Shown piece after piece: positions 51,985-64,000 of a stretch of 64,000 bases of DNA. Under the pieces are notes generated by a model, which saw nothing but the letters and a program-made list of their open reading frames with translations, was not told where the DNA came from and searched no databases. The stretch is from Camelus dromedarius (Eukaryota): positions 42,844,001 through 42,908,000 of the forward strand of contig NC_087437.1 in the NCBI RefSeq assembly GCF_036321535.1. The letters are read 5' to 3'. Numbering within the stretch: the stretch's first letter is position 1; each line of letters opens with the position of its first letter. Made by a program: the position numbers and the translations under genes.

Positions 51985-52212
51985 GATTTATTAAGGAATG
52001 CCTTTGTGCAAGGTACACAGTATACTGTTTACGGGTAATTTTCTTTTCAATCCTCATAATACCATTATATGGTAATTATTATTTTAGTAATAATTTCTAG
52101 ATGAGAAAACTGAATTTAAATTGAGTAAGAATATTCACAAGGATCGTGTAACAAGTAAGTAGTAGTGCTTGGATTCAAGCTCTGGGCTTTCTGACTCTAA
52201 AACCTGCTTTCT
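51985..52212 (-). mobile_element. MIR
   Basis: aatcctcataatacc...agatgagaaaactga...ggattcaagc...tctgactctaaa. Confidence 0.7.
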
Positions 52213-55200
52213 TGTGTCTTTCTGCCTTGATAAAAGAACAAGAAACAAGTAACACAAGTTCAAAGACTACTGTCATTGTTAGAATCCAGGGGAAAAATGA
52301 AAAGAAAATTATTCACATTTTCAATTCCAATATGAAGGTTAACCCAAGTGTCCCTTTAGGCAACTTGCCCAGACTCTACTGTTTCTTCTCCATAACTGCT
52401 TCTTTCACTCATTTGGCATCTCTCTCATATTGAATGATGAGTCCACTTTCAACATTTTTCTGTTAGCAAAAGACAGAAAGAAAAAGAGAGTATTGAGTTT
52501 CAATCCTTTTATTTAGTTACAGTTATTGAACTATTTTCAGGAATAAAGGCTGCAAAAGTGTACTCAAAAAAGGGTTGCTTGGCATTTCAAAATAGTACCG
52601 TCTATGTAAAGACAAGAGCATGCTATTTACAAATCTTCCTTAAGACAAATGCATATGATGTTTCAAGGATTCTTTTCATCTTAAAACTGAAATGCTTAAA
52701 TCTGTTTTCTATCTACTACTATGTTAAAAGTAACAACAACAAAAAAAAAGCGTGAATCCAGCTTTGACCCATTGTGTTTTGCACAAATGGATAGAAGCCA
52801 GCTCCTTCTGTATTAACGTTATATGGCCTTACTGACCTATTTACTGGTGCACAATATTTTCTGTCTATCTGCAGGGAAGAATCTGTAGAGAGCATGTGTG
52901 TGTGTGTGTGCACGCACTTAAAGCTGAACTCAGAGGGAAATAACAGGGTAGATGTTGAACTGTAGGAAAAAGAGAAAACAGCTTCTTTTTTGGATCTGTC
53001 TTCCCAGGGCAAGGAGAGGGACAGAGGCCTTTCATTGTCTTTACAGTAAAGTCCCTAACAGTTATCATCTGCAACTGACATGAAAATAAATGTCTCAAAC
53101 AAGTCATAGGACCTGATGCCAGCAAATAGACACATAGATGTCATATATTAATGAATTCTTTCTCACAAGAGATGTTCCAGAAGTGAGGCCATTTGGGGGA
53201 TATATTGATCGTATTATGCCAAAGTAGAGTTTTGATGGACTGCTCAGAGATCCTTTAAAACTGTTATTTTATTATCTTAAGAGTTGTATGGGCTAATAAT
53301 TCCATCTATATTACTGTGAGTTTGTGATGCTGAAAGAAATTTCTGTCACTAAGGCAACAGTGTAAGTACATAGCATATTTCTGGCCTTTCCATTGCAATT
53401 CATAAAGGAAACAAAAATTTATAATTGTGGTATTTAACAATCATAACATTCAGCAATTCATCTTGTAGATTAGAAAACAGAGACTCAGAGGAGTGAATTA
53501 ACTTATTAAAAATCCCAAACTATCTAGTCATAGATGTGATAATTAAACCATGGGGATTTAATCCAGTGCTCTGTCTTCTACATACTAGAAGATAGTTTGT
53601 AGTTACAGTATGCAAGAAAGGATTACAAAGTTTACTACTTCTTAGAACATCACTATGTTACATTAGCTATTAATATTGTATATTACTGTATATTGTATAC
53701 ATTTTATTGCTCCATCGATATAATGCTAAACTAACAACTTCTTCCCAGATGTTGTATGAATGTTGCTTCATATTTGTAATTTTGAAATGATCATATGAAA
53801 GGTACTCCATATATTTCTATTTTATACATCACGAAAGAGATGAAACAGATAATTTTCAAAAACAAAGAATGGGCTTACAGGAAACTTATTTATCTGGACA
53901 TTTAATAATAGGTTGTTCTAGCCCTAATAGAGTATGAAAAATATACACCCATAATTTAGTTGAATTATTATCTGGTTGCCTCTAAACACTCAGCATCAAT
54001 AGGTGGTTTCACATGTTTTTGGCTGTAGTATTGGTTACCTGAAACAGGTCTTCCTGATAATTCATGATGATCCTGCAGCTGACAGTCAGCTGAGAGGCCC
54101 TCTGCTCCTAGGAGTTCTACATATTGTCTCAAAGCCCTCAACTCAAGTCCATGACCACTGTAAGTCCATAGGTCTCCCCAAGCTTTCTTCAGATTCGCAG
54201 AGAGTTCACATTTTCATGATCTCCTCTATCACCCAGCCTTCTGCTTCCACATGCTACTCTCTCCACACACTACACTCTCTTACAAAGTGCAACTCCCTTG
54301 CCAATTTCCACCCACAACCACAACAATGATCTATAATATCCACTCCTTACAGTACATTCATGAAACTGACATGATACAGCAGTTTCCTGATGTGCTGAAG
54401 AACTTGAGTAATGGGAAAGGGAGAAGTGGTCTCTGCCTATCATGCAGTGAACACTTCAAAGATTGAAATTAGACATCTCTTCTCTGTAGTCCTGTGGGTT
54501 CTTCTCCTGGCTCCCTCCCATGTAGCGCTTCTGTCCTTCCCAGGTTCCTTTTTTTATTGTCCCCATTTCCTCCTCATTTTACTTTTTTATTATCTCTCTG
54601 AAGGAGAAAAATAATCTTTCCTAGTCCCAAAGACGTTCCAACCTTTGCTTTGAAGTCTTTGGAACACCCTTTAGTTCTCCTGCACCAGGGAGTTACGGTA
54701 TCTTTTTTTGTGTTTTCTAACCTACACAAAGGCAGTCTTCTCCCTAGGAGTTCTAGGGTATGTTTAAAGATAATCATTTATTTGTCACTTTTCTAGTTCC
54801 AAAGTAAATGCAGGGAGGCTACAAGGGGGATAGTAACCTGGAATCAGCTTATGAAAGACCCCAAAATTAACAGGAGACTATCCTGGAGCAAATCATGAGC
54901 CTCTAGGTCTAAGAGAGAAGAGATAAAGAAGGGTTTACAAATGTCCATTTGCCCCTTTGAATGTTATTCAAAATATAATTTTATTGAGGCTGTTGTGTTT
55001 AATGATTTTAACTTAAATGACCATAATAATAAAAATTGTTACTCTTAAAAGAAAAAGAGCATTTTTATAGTTGCTAAGTTATTTTATATGCATCATTTCA
55101 CTTGAGTTTCACAGAAACCTTCTAAGACGAATGGGTGAAGAAATATTATTAATTCAGTTTCTCAGAAGCCAAGAGAGTAAGTGATTTTGTACATAAATGG

Positions 55201-55254
55201 GATTTCAATGTTAGCCCTTCCACATTTAGCTTCTCAACTTTTCAACATCTAAGG

Positions 55255-55770
55255 CCACTACTTCCTAAATGGTGACCTCCCTCCTGTCCTGAATTTCTCT
55301 AATTCAATCTCTCTTTGCAACCAGAAAGATACTTTAAAAATCCAGGTTTGCTGACCTTATATTCTTTATTGAATTTCCTTAATGCCTTCTCATTTCCTGT
55401 AAGGTTAAACTCTTAATTTGGTGTATACGGCCTTGCACGCTCCATCTCTGAGTCGCTCTTCATCCTCCCCCCACTTTTCTTAGCATGATAGGCCATGTAA
55501 AGCTTTTGTGATTCCTCAGTTATACCACACTTTCCTTGAAGGGCCTTTTTACAAGTTCTGTCTCCCTAGAAAGTGTTCACCTACTAATCTCCTACCTCTT
55601 TCTACTAACTTCCTCACCTTTGAAGCTGGGTTAGGTATAGCAAACTATACTCCATCATGGCATCAGACACACTGTAATAAAACTACTTTTTTGTTCATCT
55701 TTTTCTGCTGATAAGCTAAGTGTTTTGAGAACTGTGACCATATTGCTTAAAAATGCATATCTAATGAATT
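55255..55770 (+). mobile_element. L2 fragment
   Basis: Pyrimidine-rich L2-like sequence (aaactcttaatttgg...ggccttgca...ttcctcagttatacc...tgagaactgtgacc). Confidence 0.55.
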
Positions 55771-55774
55771 AAAT

Positions 55775-55945
55775 CAGTTGTCAGCAAATGACCCCTGTGG
55801 GCTAGATCTAGTCCACAAGCTAAAAAGTTTTTAAATTTTAAAGGATAGAGGTGCGGGGCAAGGAAGAAGGAGGAGGAGGCAGTTATACATGGGCCTTGAA
55901 GATTAAAAAAATCAGCTATCTCTTTACAAAAAAAGTTTGTCAAAA
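55775..55945. mobile_element. MER58A-like hAT MITE
   Basis: Ends cagttgtcagcaaa...gtgggctagatctagtcc and tttacaaaaaaagtttgtcaa. Confidence 0.6.
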
Positions 55946-58074
55946 TTTAAAAACAAATGAATAAATGAAGATATTTTAATTTCGAATCTTGACCCTTGCA
56001 ACAAACCAGTGTCCTCCTCAAACATCTTCCAAATATCCCTAAAATCTTTTTATGATTATAAGGAAAAAGTCACCACGCCTGCTATATGCACATTCTAAAT
56101 GTCAGTTCCTGTCATTGATTAATAGCAATAATAAAAACCTCTGATGTGTATTGCCAGGTAACGGGGACTGCTAGTGGCATTAACCAGCTTCATGAGACTG
56201 ATTCAAAAGAGGTACCTTAAATCTGCCAAAAGTATGATGAGTTTGGCAGACTACACAAAAAGTAGAAGAAAACTGTTTTTGAGAGCAAAATCAACCTGGT
56301 AATTTTGACTCTCTTAGGCTTTGTTTCCCAAAATATTTTATACATCAATTGAGAGCCCATATGTGAAAGACAAGAAACAAAGCTTTCATTTTAGTTGGTG
56401 GCATAGACTCTGCTGTTTTTACAAGAAGAGTGTGGTCTAGGTAGTTTTCAAAGGAGGAAAAAGATTTTTTTAAATTCTGCTGCTTCTTAATATGTTTTCA
56501 AAGTTGTTATTTAAATAGCTGGCATTGTTAGGGTCTATTATGCATTCAACCATGTGTAGTTGTATGTATTTTGTCCTTAGCAACCATACTTTCTTTCTTG
56601 TCTGCATCAAAATGAAGATATTTACCCAAGGGTTTTCACTTTATAATTTTTCTCTTTATTTTGCAAGTTTGCTGCATGGTTGCTGATCCCCAAAAATGTT
56701 AATTTACAGATAGGGTGATTAAATAAAATAGACTTCTATTGGTAACTGATAACTCAATTTTGAAAACATACTGGCCCTAGTTCTTTTTGCAAAATCATGT
56801 AAAGATAATTTAGTGTACATAGGCCTTTCATAACAAAGTTTTATTAGACATTGGACAATACATTATGAAAGTTTTAAATTTTTCTTTATGGTATTTATAA
56901 ATTTACTTACATGAGTAATGTCATGGGAAAACTATAGCTTGACAATTTTATAATGCAATTACTAAAAATGTATCTTTTTGTTCACTGGGTTACTTGTTGA
57001 CAGTCTATAAACTTTAGTGTATGATTTATTCTCTGCCAAGCAAGAGTATGACCATTTAAACTGAAGGACAGCTACCCAGTCAAATCTAGGCTGTCGGGAT
57101 AGTGGGCAGGGTGAGGTATTTGAGCCGATTAAATAGATTAAATAGACTGTGCTGAAAAACCTATTGTTACTACTTATTTTACTTTACTTATTTGCTTATT
57201 TTAATTACCACTTTTTATAGTAGGGATGATTAAAATATTGATTGCCTATATATAGTCAACTAATAAGAGAAATGAAATCGGAATTCCTGAGTTTGTTTAC
57301 TTGTTTAAATGCTCAGTTAATCTCTATATTAACTGGCATGTTAGTCTAGCCTCAAGCCAGGGTCAGCTTCCCTTACAGGTCCTTAACTGAAAACGTCTCA
57401 GAAAATGCAGAATCTATTACTGGATTAGTTCAGAGAGCATAAATCATAGATTTATCATTCAGTAATTAGGTGCAGATAGGGCTTGGAATATTTTAACTGA
57501 CTTTTTAAAAATAATTCTCATTCATTTACTAAGCTGTATAGCATTTTTAATTGCCTAATACATGCAGGATATTTCAAGATAAATAAAACCTGTGTCTTCT
57601 CTCAAGAGGCGAAACGTTTAATTGGGGAGAGAAACCTGTAAATACTACCATTGCAAACAGTGTTAGAATAAAGTGTGAAAAATAGTCTGTGAAAATGCAG
57701 ACCAGGCAGGAACTAAGTCTATCTAATGGATTCCTTATTAGGTTCATATTGGCAAATCACCAAATAACTGTGAGAAAAGGATAGAGAAGAAACATGTTTG
57801 AACTTTAAAAAAACCCCATAATTTTCCAAAGAGAAGAACATTGAGATATTCTAAATATTCCCTTTTTGTTGTATTGTTTTGCACCTACCCAGGTAATTAA
57901 ATTAAGGGCAAGAAAGATCTGGCAGATGTTGGTATCATAAATTCAACTTATAACTTAAGTTCCTTTGATAAAATGTATTATAGACATGTTTGTTTAGTAA
58001 TTTATTATTAGGATATAGTGAGTAGTTGTTAATGATTTAGAGCTTTGTGTGAATGAAGTAACTAGTAATAATAA

Positions 58075-58326
58075 TGCTAATCTTATCTAGTTTAATTGAG
58101 CTTTATGTTAAACTTTCTGCTGAGTGTTTTACATCTATTTTTTCCTCAATAAATCCTTTCAACAGCATGATGAGTTGTATACTATTATTCTCACTATTTT
58201 ATAGATGATGAGACTAAAGCATAGTGATGTTAACTTCAAGAGCAGATGAGCAAAGTACTGGTAGATGACAGAGCTGGAATGTAAACCCACGGTTGACTGA
58301 CTCAAAGATGTGCTTTTACCTACTGT
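58075..58326 (-). mobile_element. MIR
   Basis: tattattctc...ttttatagatgatgagactaaagcatag...cagagctggaatgtaaaccc...tgactcaaa. Confidence 0.75.
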
Positions 58327-59019
58327 ATTTTACAGACGTAAAGGCAAAATAAAGCTCAACATCCTTACATCTGACAAATCAATAACAAAAGGCACAGGTT
58401 CAGGTTAATATACCACGACGTGGGCAGAGTCACTCATATATGTTTCTATGGAAATAAAGTTTAAGGTCTTTTGTGTTTTCCCTGAGATTTTTGACTGGCT
58501 GAATCCCAGTTGTATGATTTTGCTCTATTTACATACTCATTTGGAACTTGTGTGGAATCAGGAAGTTGAAATTTTATGATACAGTGAGGATGCATTATTT
58601 AAGATAAACCAAGAATGGAGATTGAATGACAATAATTAAATGGTAAATATAAAATATTTGTTTGTAGGTTAGATTATATGATGTAAAGTCAAAGATGCTA
58701 GCTTATAAATAGTTTTCCCTGCTTCTTAGAAAAATTTGTATATGCTTTGTTGCCAAGAGTCACAAACATGGGTGAATTTTGAAGTTTAACATTCCTTTTT
58801 TCATTTCACACATGTCCCTTGAACTACTTTTATGGGACCGTATGTCCTTAGCATCTTGCCTAGTCCCTTATGAACTTTGATTTTAGTATTGCCCTGTGTA
58901 GCCCATTATGTCAATGTGATCACTTCAGTATTCCCATTTTTCCTGGACTGCCTGGGGCTCCTCAAGACTCAGAAACCTATTTTACATTTTCACCAAGCCA
59001 ACATATAATTTATAGTAAC

Positions 59020-59463
59020 TGTGTTAGTTTCCTATTGCTGCAATAACAAACCACCAGACATTTGGTGGCTTAAAAAACTACAAATTTGTTATCTTGAATT
59101 TCTGGAGATGAGAAATTTTAAATGGATCTTATGTGGTCAAAATTAAGTTGTCAGAAGAGATGCATTCCTTCTGCAGGCACTAGGGGAGAATTATTGGCTT
59201 CTCAGCTTCTAAAGGCTGCCTGCATTCCTTGGCTCATGGCTGCATCACTCCAACTTCTGTTTTATTGTCATATCTGCTTCTCTGATTCCTGCCTGCCTCT
59301 TTCCTGTATAAGGACCCTTGTAATTATATTGGACCCATCTGGATAATCCAGGATAATCTCTTCATGCCAAGATCCTTAGTTACATCTGCATAGCCTCATG
59401 TAAACTAGCACATTCTGGGGATGGTGATACAGACATCCTTGGAAGGACAATTATCCTATCACT
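59020..59463 (-). mobile_element. MaLR solo LTR (MLT1C/D-like), complete
   Basis: tgtgttagtttcctattgctgc...ataaggacccttgtaattatattgg...ggataatccaggataatctc. 5-nt TSD gtaac (59015-59019) / gtatc (59464-59468). Confidence 0.9.
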
Positions 59464-59719
59464 GTATCCTTTTATTTGGGACCATGTGTCTGAAACTGTG
59501 TGACAAAGTTTGTAAGAAAATCACTTTTGCAATCTGCAAAATACAAGCAACATTCTTTTCAATTATAATCGGCTCCAAATAATCACCCCAGTTCTGTCTG
59601 ATTCTTTCTGTTCTCTTTCTTCCTTGTTTCAAATGTTTGGAGTAAAGTAACTGAATACGAGAATACAAGTAACTTTACATAGTAAATTCATTTTTTTCTG
59701 TCTTCAGTGATTTTTTTAA

Positions 59720-59861
59720 GTTTTTATCTTTTTAATTTTTTACATGCAATTTATTTATTTTTAATTGAAGTTCAGTCAGTTACAATGTGTCAATTTCTGG
59801 TGTACAGCACAATGTCCCAGCCATGCATATATATACATATATTCATTTTCATATTCTTATT
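59720..59861 (-). mobile_element. ~140-nt L1 3' stub
   Basis: Similar 3' UTR end to the 6460-8445 copy. Exact direct repeat agtgatttttttaa at 59706-59719 and 59862-59875. Confidence 0.9.
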
Positions 59862-60974
59862 AGTGATTTTTTTAATTCACTAATGAATACTGCTTCACAG
59901 CCATCATAGCCTAAAAGAGGATGTACCATGACTTGGTTCCAAATTACATGTCCTTGTTACATGTGTCTCAGGAATTACTCCGACATCATGTGCCAATAAA
60001 TATCATGCAACAATTGCAGGACTGAAGTTTCACCTTGCTTTCTCCATACCTTTTAAAACCTAGTGAAGTCTTGAGCAAGAAATCCATCTGTTCTTGAGCA
60101 TGACCTTTGAGTGGTCATTTTGGTTCTTCCAAACAACCATCTCAGAGGTTTGTACTGAAGCTGGTGTTTACTGAAGTTCTTAGATCTGTTCAGTTCCTGA
60201 CCAGAGGTAACTTCAGTCCTTCACCAGATGGTTAATAAAAGAAGATGAATGGGTTCTGTACCCTTGATGAATTCTGCATTATGAAACAGAACTTGAGCTG
60301 GAAGATTTCTAGAGTAGGAGTTATCAGAGTAATAAAACCTATGGTGTGGAACAGAGTGCAACTTAAGAAATGACCTGTCCCTTCTCTTTATGCTTCCTGC
60401 CTCTTCAAAAATACATTTCTGTGCAGAAAATACAAAACAAAGAGAGCTTGCTTTGGGTTCCTTGGTGCTCCAACATTTGTGTCACTTAAAAGTTTGTACA
60501 ATGTCACTTCGTTAATCCCTATTTTTATTTTGGTAAGGAATCATTGACATGTAAAAGCCATTTTATTATTTATAAAAACAAGAAATTTTTTATTCTTAAA
60601 AAAGAAAGAAATACAGCTTGAAGTAAGTGTATATGTGCTAAATGGAAAAGCTTTAGCATGGACAGGGTCAGCAGGCAAGTGGCCTCATAGGATTGGAATG
60701 GTATGGGCCAACTGACTAAAGTCCTGAGTGTGTTTGTGTGTTTGTTACTCTTGTAAGTCCACAAACTAAACAGTATCAATGCACTCAGGGAAGATGATTA
60801 ACCTCTCAAACAAGGAATTAATAACTAAATTCTGGACACTAATGAGCAAATCACTAAAGATGTTCTTTGGCGTGATCAGAATGTCTGTAATCCCTTTCCA
60901 CATCGCTCCCCTATCCCGTTATCAAGAGGACCACCAAAGACGTACAGGAACTTATTGTGGGTTACGTATTACTC

Positions 60975-61150
60975 ATTTAACTCTCAACATAAGCTTATGA
61001 GGCAGAAGGTATTATCCTCATTTTACAGTTAGGGAAAATGAGACATATAGATGTTAAGTAATTTGCATAATTTATGGCTAGGAAATGGAAGAACCAGGAG
61101 TTGAACCCACTTTGGTTCTAAAGTTGACACTTATAACTTCTATACTGTAT
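60975..61150 (-). mobile_element. MIR
   Basis: attatcctcattttacagttagggaaaatgagacatatagatgttaagtaatttgc. Confidence 0.8.
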
Positions 61151-62829
61151 TGAAGCATCTTTGGAAGAAATTGATTGGAAAATGCTTTCTTTGTATAGGT
61201 TATTAGTGAATAAACTGTAATGAACTATTTCAGGGAGACATGTCTCCCCCAATTATGCATTATTTAAACAGTGTTAACTTTCAGAGGGAACTTTATTTCC
61301 CTGTGTCTTATTTCTTGTACCTCCAGATATGCCTTGAGTAAGAAGGAGAATAACAAAGTTGTGAAACAAGTGTTGTAGACAGAAAACAGAGAGATGTCAG
61401 TGTGGTTTTAAAGCCGTATCAATAGACACAAGCAAATTAATGAATATCTCTTCTCTCTCATTCCAATATAGCTTAAAGCAAAATGCCTCCAAGGGATGGA
61501 GGTGATAGCATATATTGATAAGAACATATTTAATTTTCCTCATCTCAGGATGTGTCTGAAAGGTCTCTCCATGCCATCCAGCTCTAAAAATGGGTATGAT
61601 TCCATAAAGAACCCTTCCATTTCCTTGTATATATAAAGTTTTTGTCTTAATTGCAGAGTTAATATTATTTCCCATTCCAATGTATTAGCATTCATCTCTA
61701 TGTACAATTTGCGTATCACAGTAAAGCGTGGCTATCTGGAGAGCAGGCATCTAAAACCTCAGGCTTTGGTCCAGATCTGAAGACAACTGGAGAAAACATG
61801 CACGCACAGTATCAGCTCCACCCGTTTCTTTTTTATCATGGAGCTCTGTTTCCTGTAGACACTTGAAATAAACAAATGAACAAGGCTGTATGAAATAAAG
61901 ACCAAAGGTTATAGCCCCACATTGTAACTGATTGGCTCTTCAAGAGGAAAAAAAAGAAAAAAGTCTAGATAAAATGAGATTGTGTGTGTATGTGCGAGAA
62001 AGAGTAGCACGCAAAGGGAAACAAACAGATAAGAAGGGAGAAAAGGAGGAAGAGAGCAATGGAAACTAATAACATCTTTTCTCTTAATGGTGATGGGGAA
62101 AATGAGGGTGAGGAGGGGGTGGGTCAGTAATTAATTCAGGGAATCTTAATTAAAAACAATATAATAAGGCCAAGGGTGCAAGCTGATCCTAAAAAATCTG
62201 CAGTAGAAAAGGTCTAGATGCTGAAGATGAGTGACGGATTAGAAAAAAATGCTTCATCTCCAAGGCTCAGAGGTCAAGATCAAAATCAGTGTGGATACCG
62301 GTCTTGGAACCAGAAAGCAAGGTAGCACAGAGGCCAACCAAGTTCTGAGGCAAAGAAAAGAGAAGTTCTGTGTGATAGTTGTAACTCAGCAGCCTTGGGG
62401 GTTTGCTTTTGGGTCAGCAGGTGGTTTCTGCAATGGAGGATAAATAAGTTTTAAAGAGTCAGTGATGAGTTTACCTGCAGCCACAGTGGTGATTATACAC
62501 TAACAGTGTAATGTTTCCAGATAGTTAAGCAGTGGTGAGCAGAGGTACAATCAAAAGGCAATATGATGGAATGCTTCCTAAATCAGAAGTTTCTGTTTCT
62601 TAACAGTATAGCATGTTACTTTGTGTGTGTGTTTTAACTACATTCATGAATCTGCACTGCAAACCTTCTGACATCATTGACACTTTTAATACAAGTTGCC
62701 TTGAAAATGCTCTCTCTCCATTAAATTGTTGAAACCACCTGTTATGTGTACCACTGACCCAGTGAAGGATGGGATCACTCTTCACTGAAGGGTTCAGTAT
62801 CTATGGCTTAAGACCACTGCCCTGTTAGT

Positions 62830-63825
62830 CGTGAAGGGCCACAAGACCTGTCTGACTTTCCACCAGCGACCCCAGGTCATGTCATTAACGATATTAAATC
62901 CCATGGTCAATCATTATACAACTTCCTTGTATACATGCTTCATTCCATTGTATTCTCTCTATCATCCCAAAATAAAACCCCTGGTTAAATGTAACTCTGC
63001 CAACGCCATACCTGTCTCTGTACAATTGAATGTGGTTGAAAAAAAAATACATAGCTACACAGTGTTAAATTCATGGCTACAATCTCAAGTAAGCCCTTAA
63101 TACCACATCATAATACTATTACACTTCCCTAATTTAATTGCTCACTCTTTCTCACTTTCCCACTCTTCCAAAATGAGAGTCATCGAAATCCTCGCTACTC
63201 CAAGCATGAGCCGTGCGCCCACGGCTTCCTCACCTGAGAGCACGTTAGAGATGTAAAATCTCAGGCCTCATGCCAGACTTACTGAATCTGATTCTGCATT
63301 TAAATAAGATCTCCAGGTCATTCGTATGCACGCTGAAGTTTGAGAGGCACCGATCTTCTGACCTCCCTCTTCCTCACCATGCTCTAACCACCCCGGTTTC
63401 TGGCTGTTCCTAAAACATAACCAGCCGTACTCCTGCTTTAGTGTCTTTGCACTGGCTCTTCCCTCTGCCTGGAATGCTCTTCTCCTCGAGTATCCACATG
63501 GCTAATCCCATCATCTCCTTCAATTTCTGTTCAGGTATCACTGTCTCATTAAGTCCCAACCTGACCACCCTACATCATTTTAACTCTGCTTGTCATGCGT
63601 GACCACCCCTTATGTGCTCTACATCTTTCATTTCCGTTGCACTCATCACTCTCTAACGTGCTATGTTATGTTCTTATTTGTTATGTATAGCTACTTACAA
63701 CTTTTTTTTTTCTGTTTTACCCCTCCCTCTCGAATATAAACACCATAGGAGAAGTATTCCTTGCCTGTTCAGTTCATCAGTACATTCCAGTCACCTAGAT
63801 TGGAATAAATATTTGCTGAATAAGT
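62830..63825 (+). mobile_element. L2 (L2a-like 3' region), interrupted by MER5A1
   Basis: ctttgcactggctcttccctctgcctggaatgctctt...aataaatatttgctgaat tail. Confidence 0.8.
63190..63352. mobile_element. MER5A1-like hAT MITE
   Basis: cctcgctactc...tcacctgagag...ccagacttactgaatc...ctgcattt...ccaggtcattcgtatgcac...gtttgagaggcaccg. Confidence 0.85.
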
Positions 63826-64000
63826 AAAGAGAAGACAATGTGAGAAAAAAAAAACAACAAAAAAACGCCTGGATTTAAGCCCCAACCTTTAGGCTTTTGG
63901 TTGGGGCTACAGCTGAATTTGGTTGGGATGAAGTTTCCTCAATTGCACAAGGGACTAAGAGAGCAAAATCACCACTCCCAACTCTGCTGTTTTTCTCTAG

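Noticed and set aside
56222..56250. 9-bp inverted repeat tctgccaaa-N11-tttggcaga
   Set aside because: Wrong polarity and spacing for an NFI palindrome, too short for a pre-miRNA, and near chance expectation.
61233..61248. 16-nt palindrome gggagacatgtctccc containing a p53 half-site
   Set aside because: Only one half-site, with no adjacent second decamer.
1..64000. CRISPR arrays, operons, or other prokaryotic or viral systems
   Set aside because: No regularly spaced repeat array or gene-dense region was seen. The content is typical mammalian repeat-rich non-coding DNA.

Overview
AT-rich, CpG-poor mammalian non-coding DNA, most likely camelid: it carries a tRNA-Ala-derived SINE of the vic-1 type, and no Alu, B1 or BovB elements were recognised. 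I found no host protein-coding exon, RNA gene or CpG island. Every recognisable protein in the ORF track is a LINE-1 ORF2 remnant or its antisense shadow. Much of the window is layered transposon debris. Young, 5'-truncated L1s have readable target-site duplications (TSDs). Older L1M elements are nested inside one another. MaLR solo LTRs, Tigger and hAT MITEs, MIR, L2 and L3 are also present. The most informative structures are an L1 with two internal deletions and a ~175-nt 3' transduction inside one TSD pair (47111-49038), two poly(A)-only insertion scars, a twin-primed 5' inversion, and an inverted pair of young L1s. A strong minus-strand bias of L1 and LTR elements suggests an intron of a plus-strand gene. 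There is also one microexon-like splice arrangement and several motif-rich unique blocks. I found no support for a new biological system. Repeat subfamily names come from memory of consensus sequences and need RepeatMasker/Dfam confirmation. Boundaries of old repeats are approximate.
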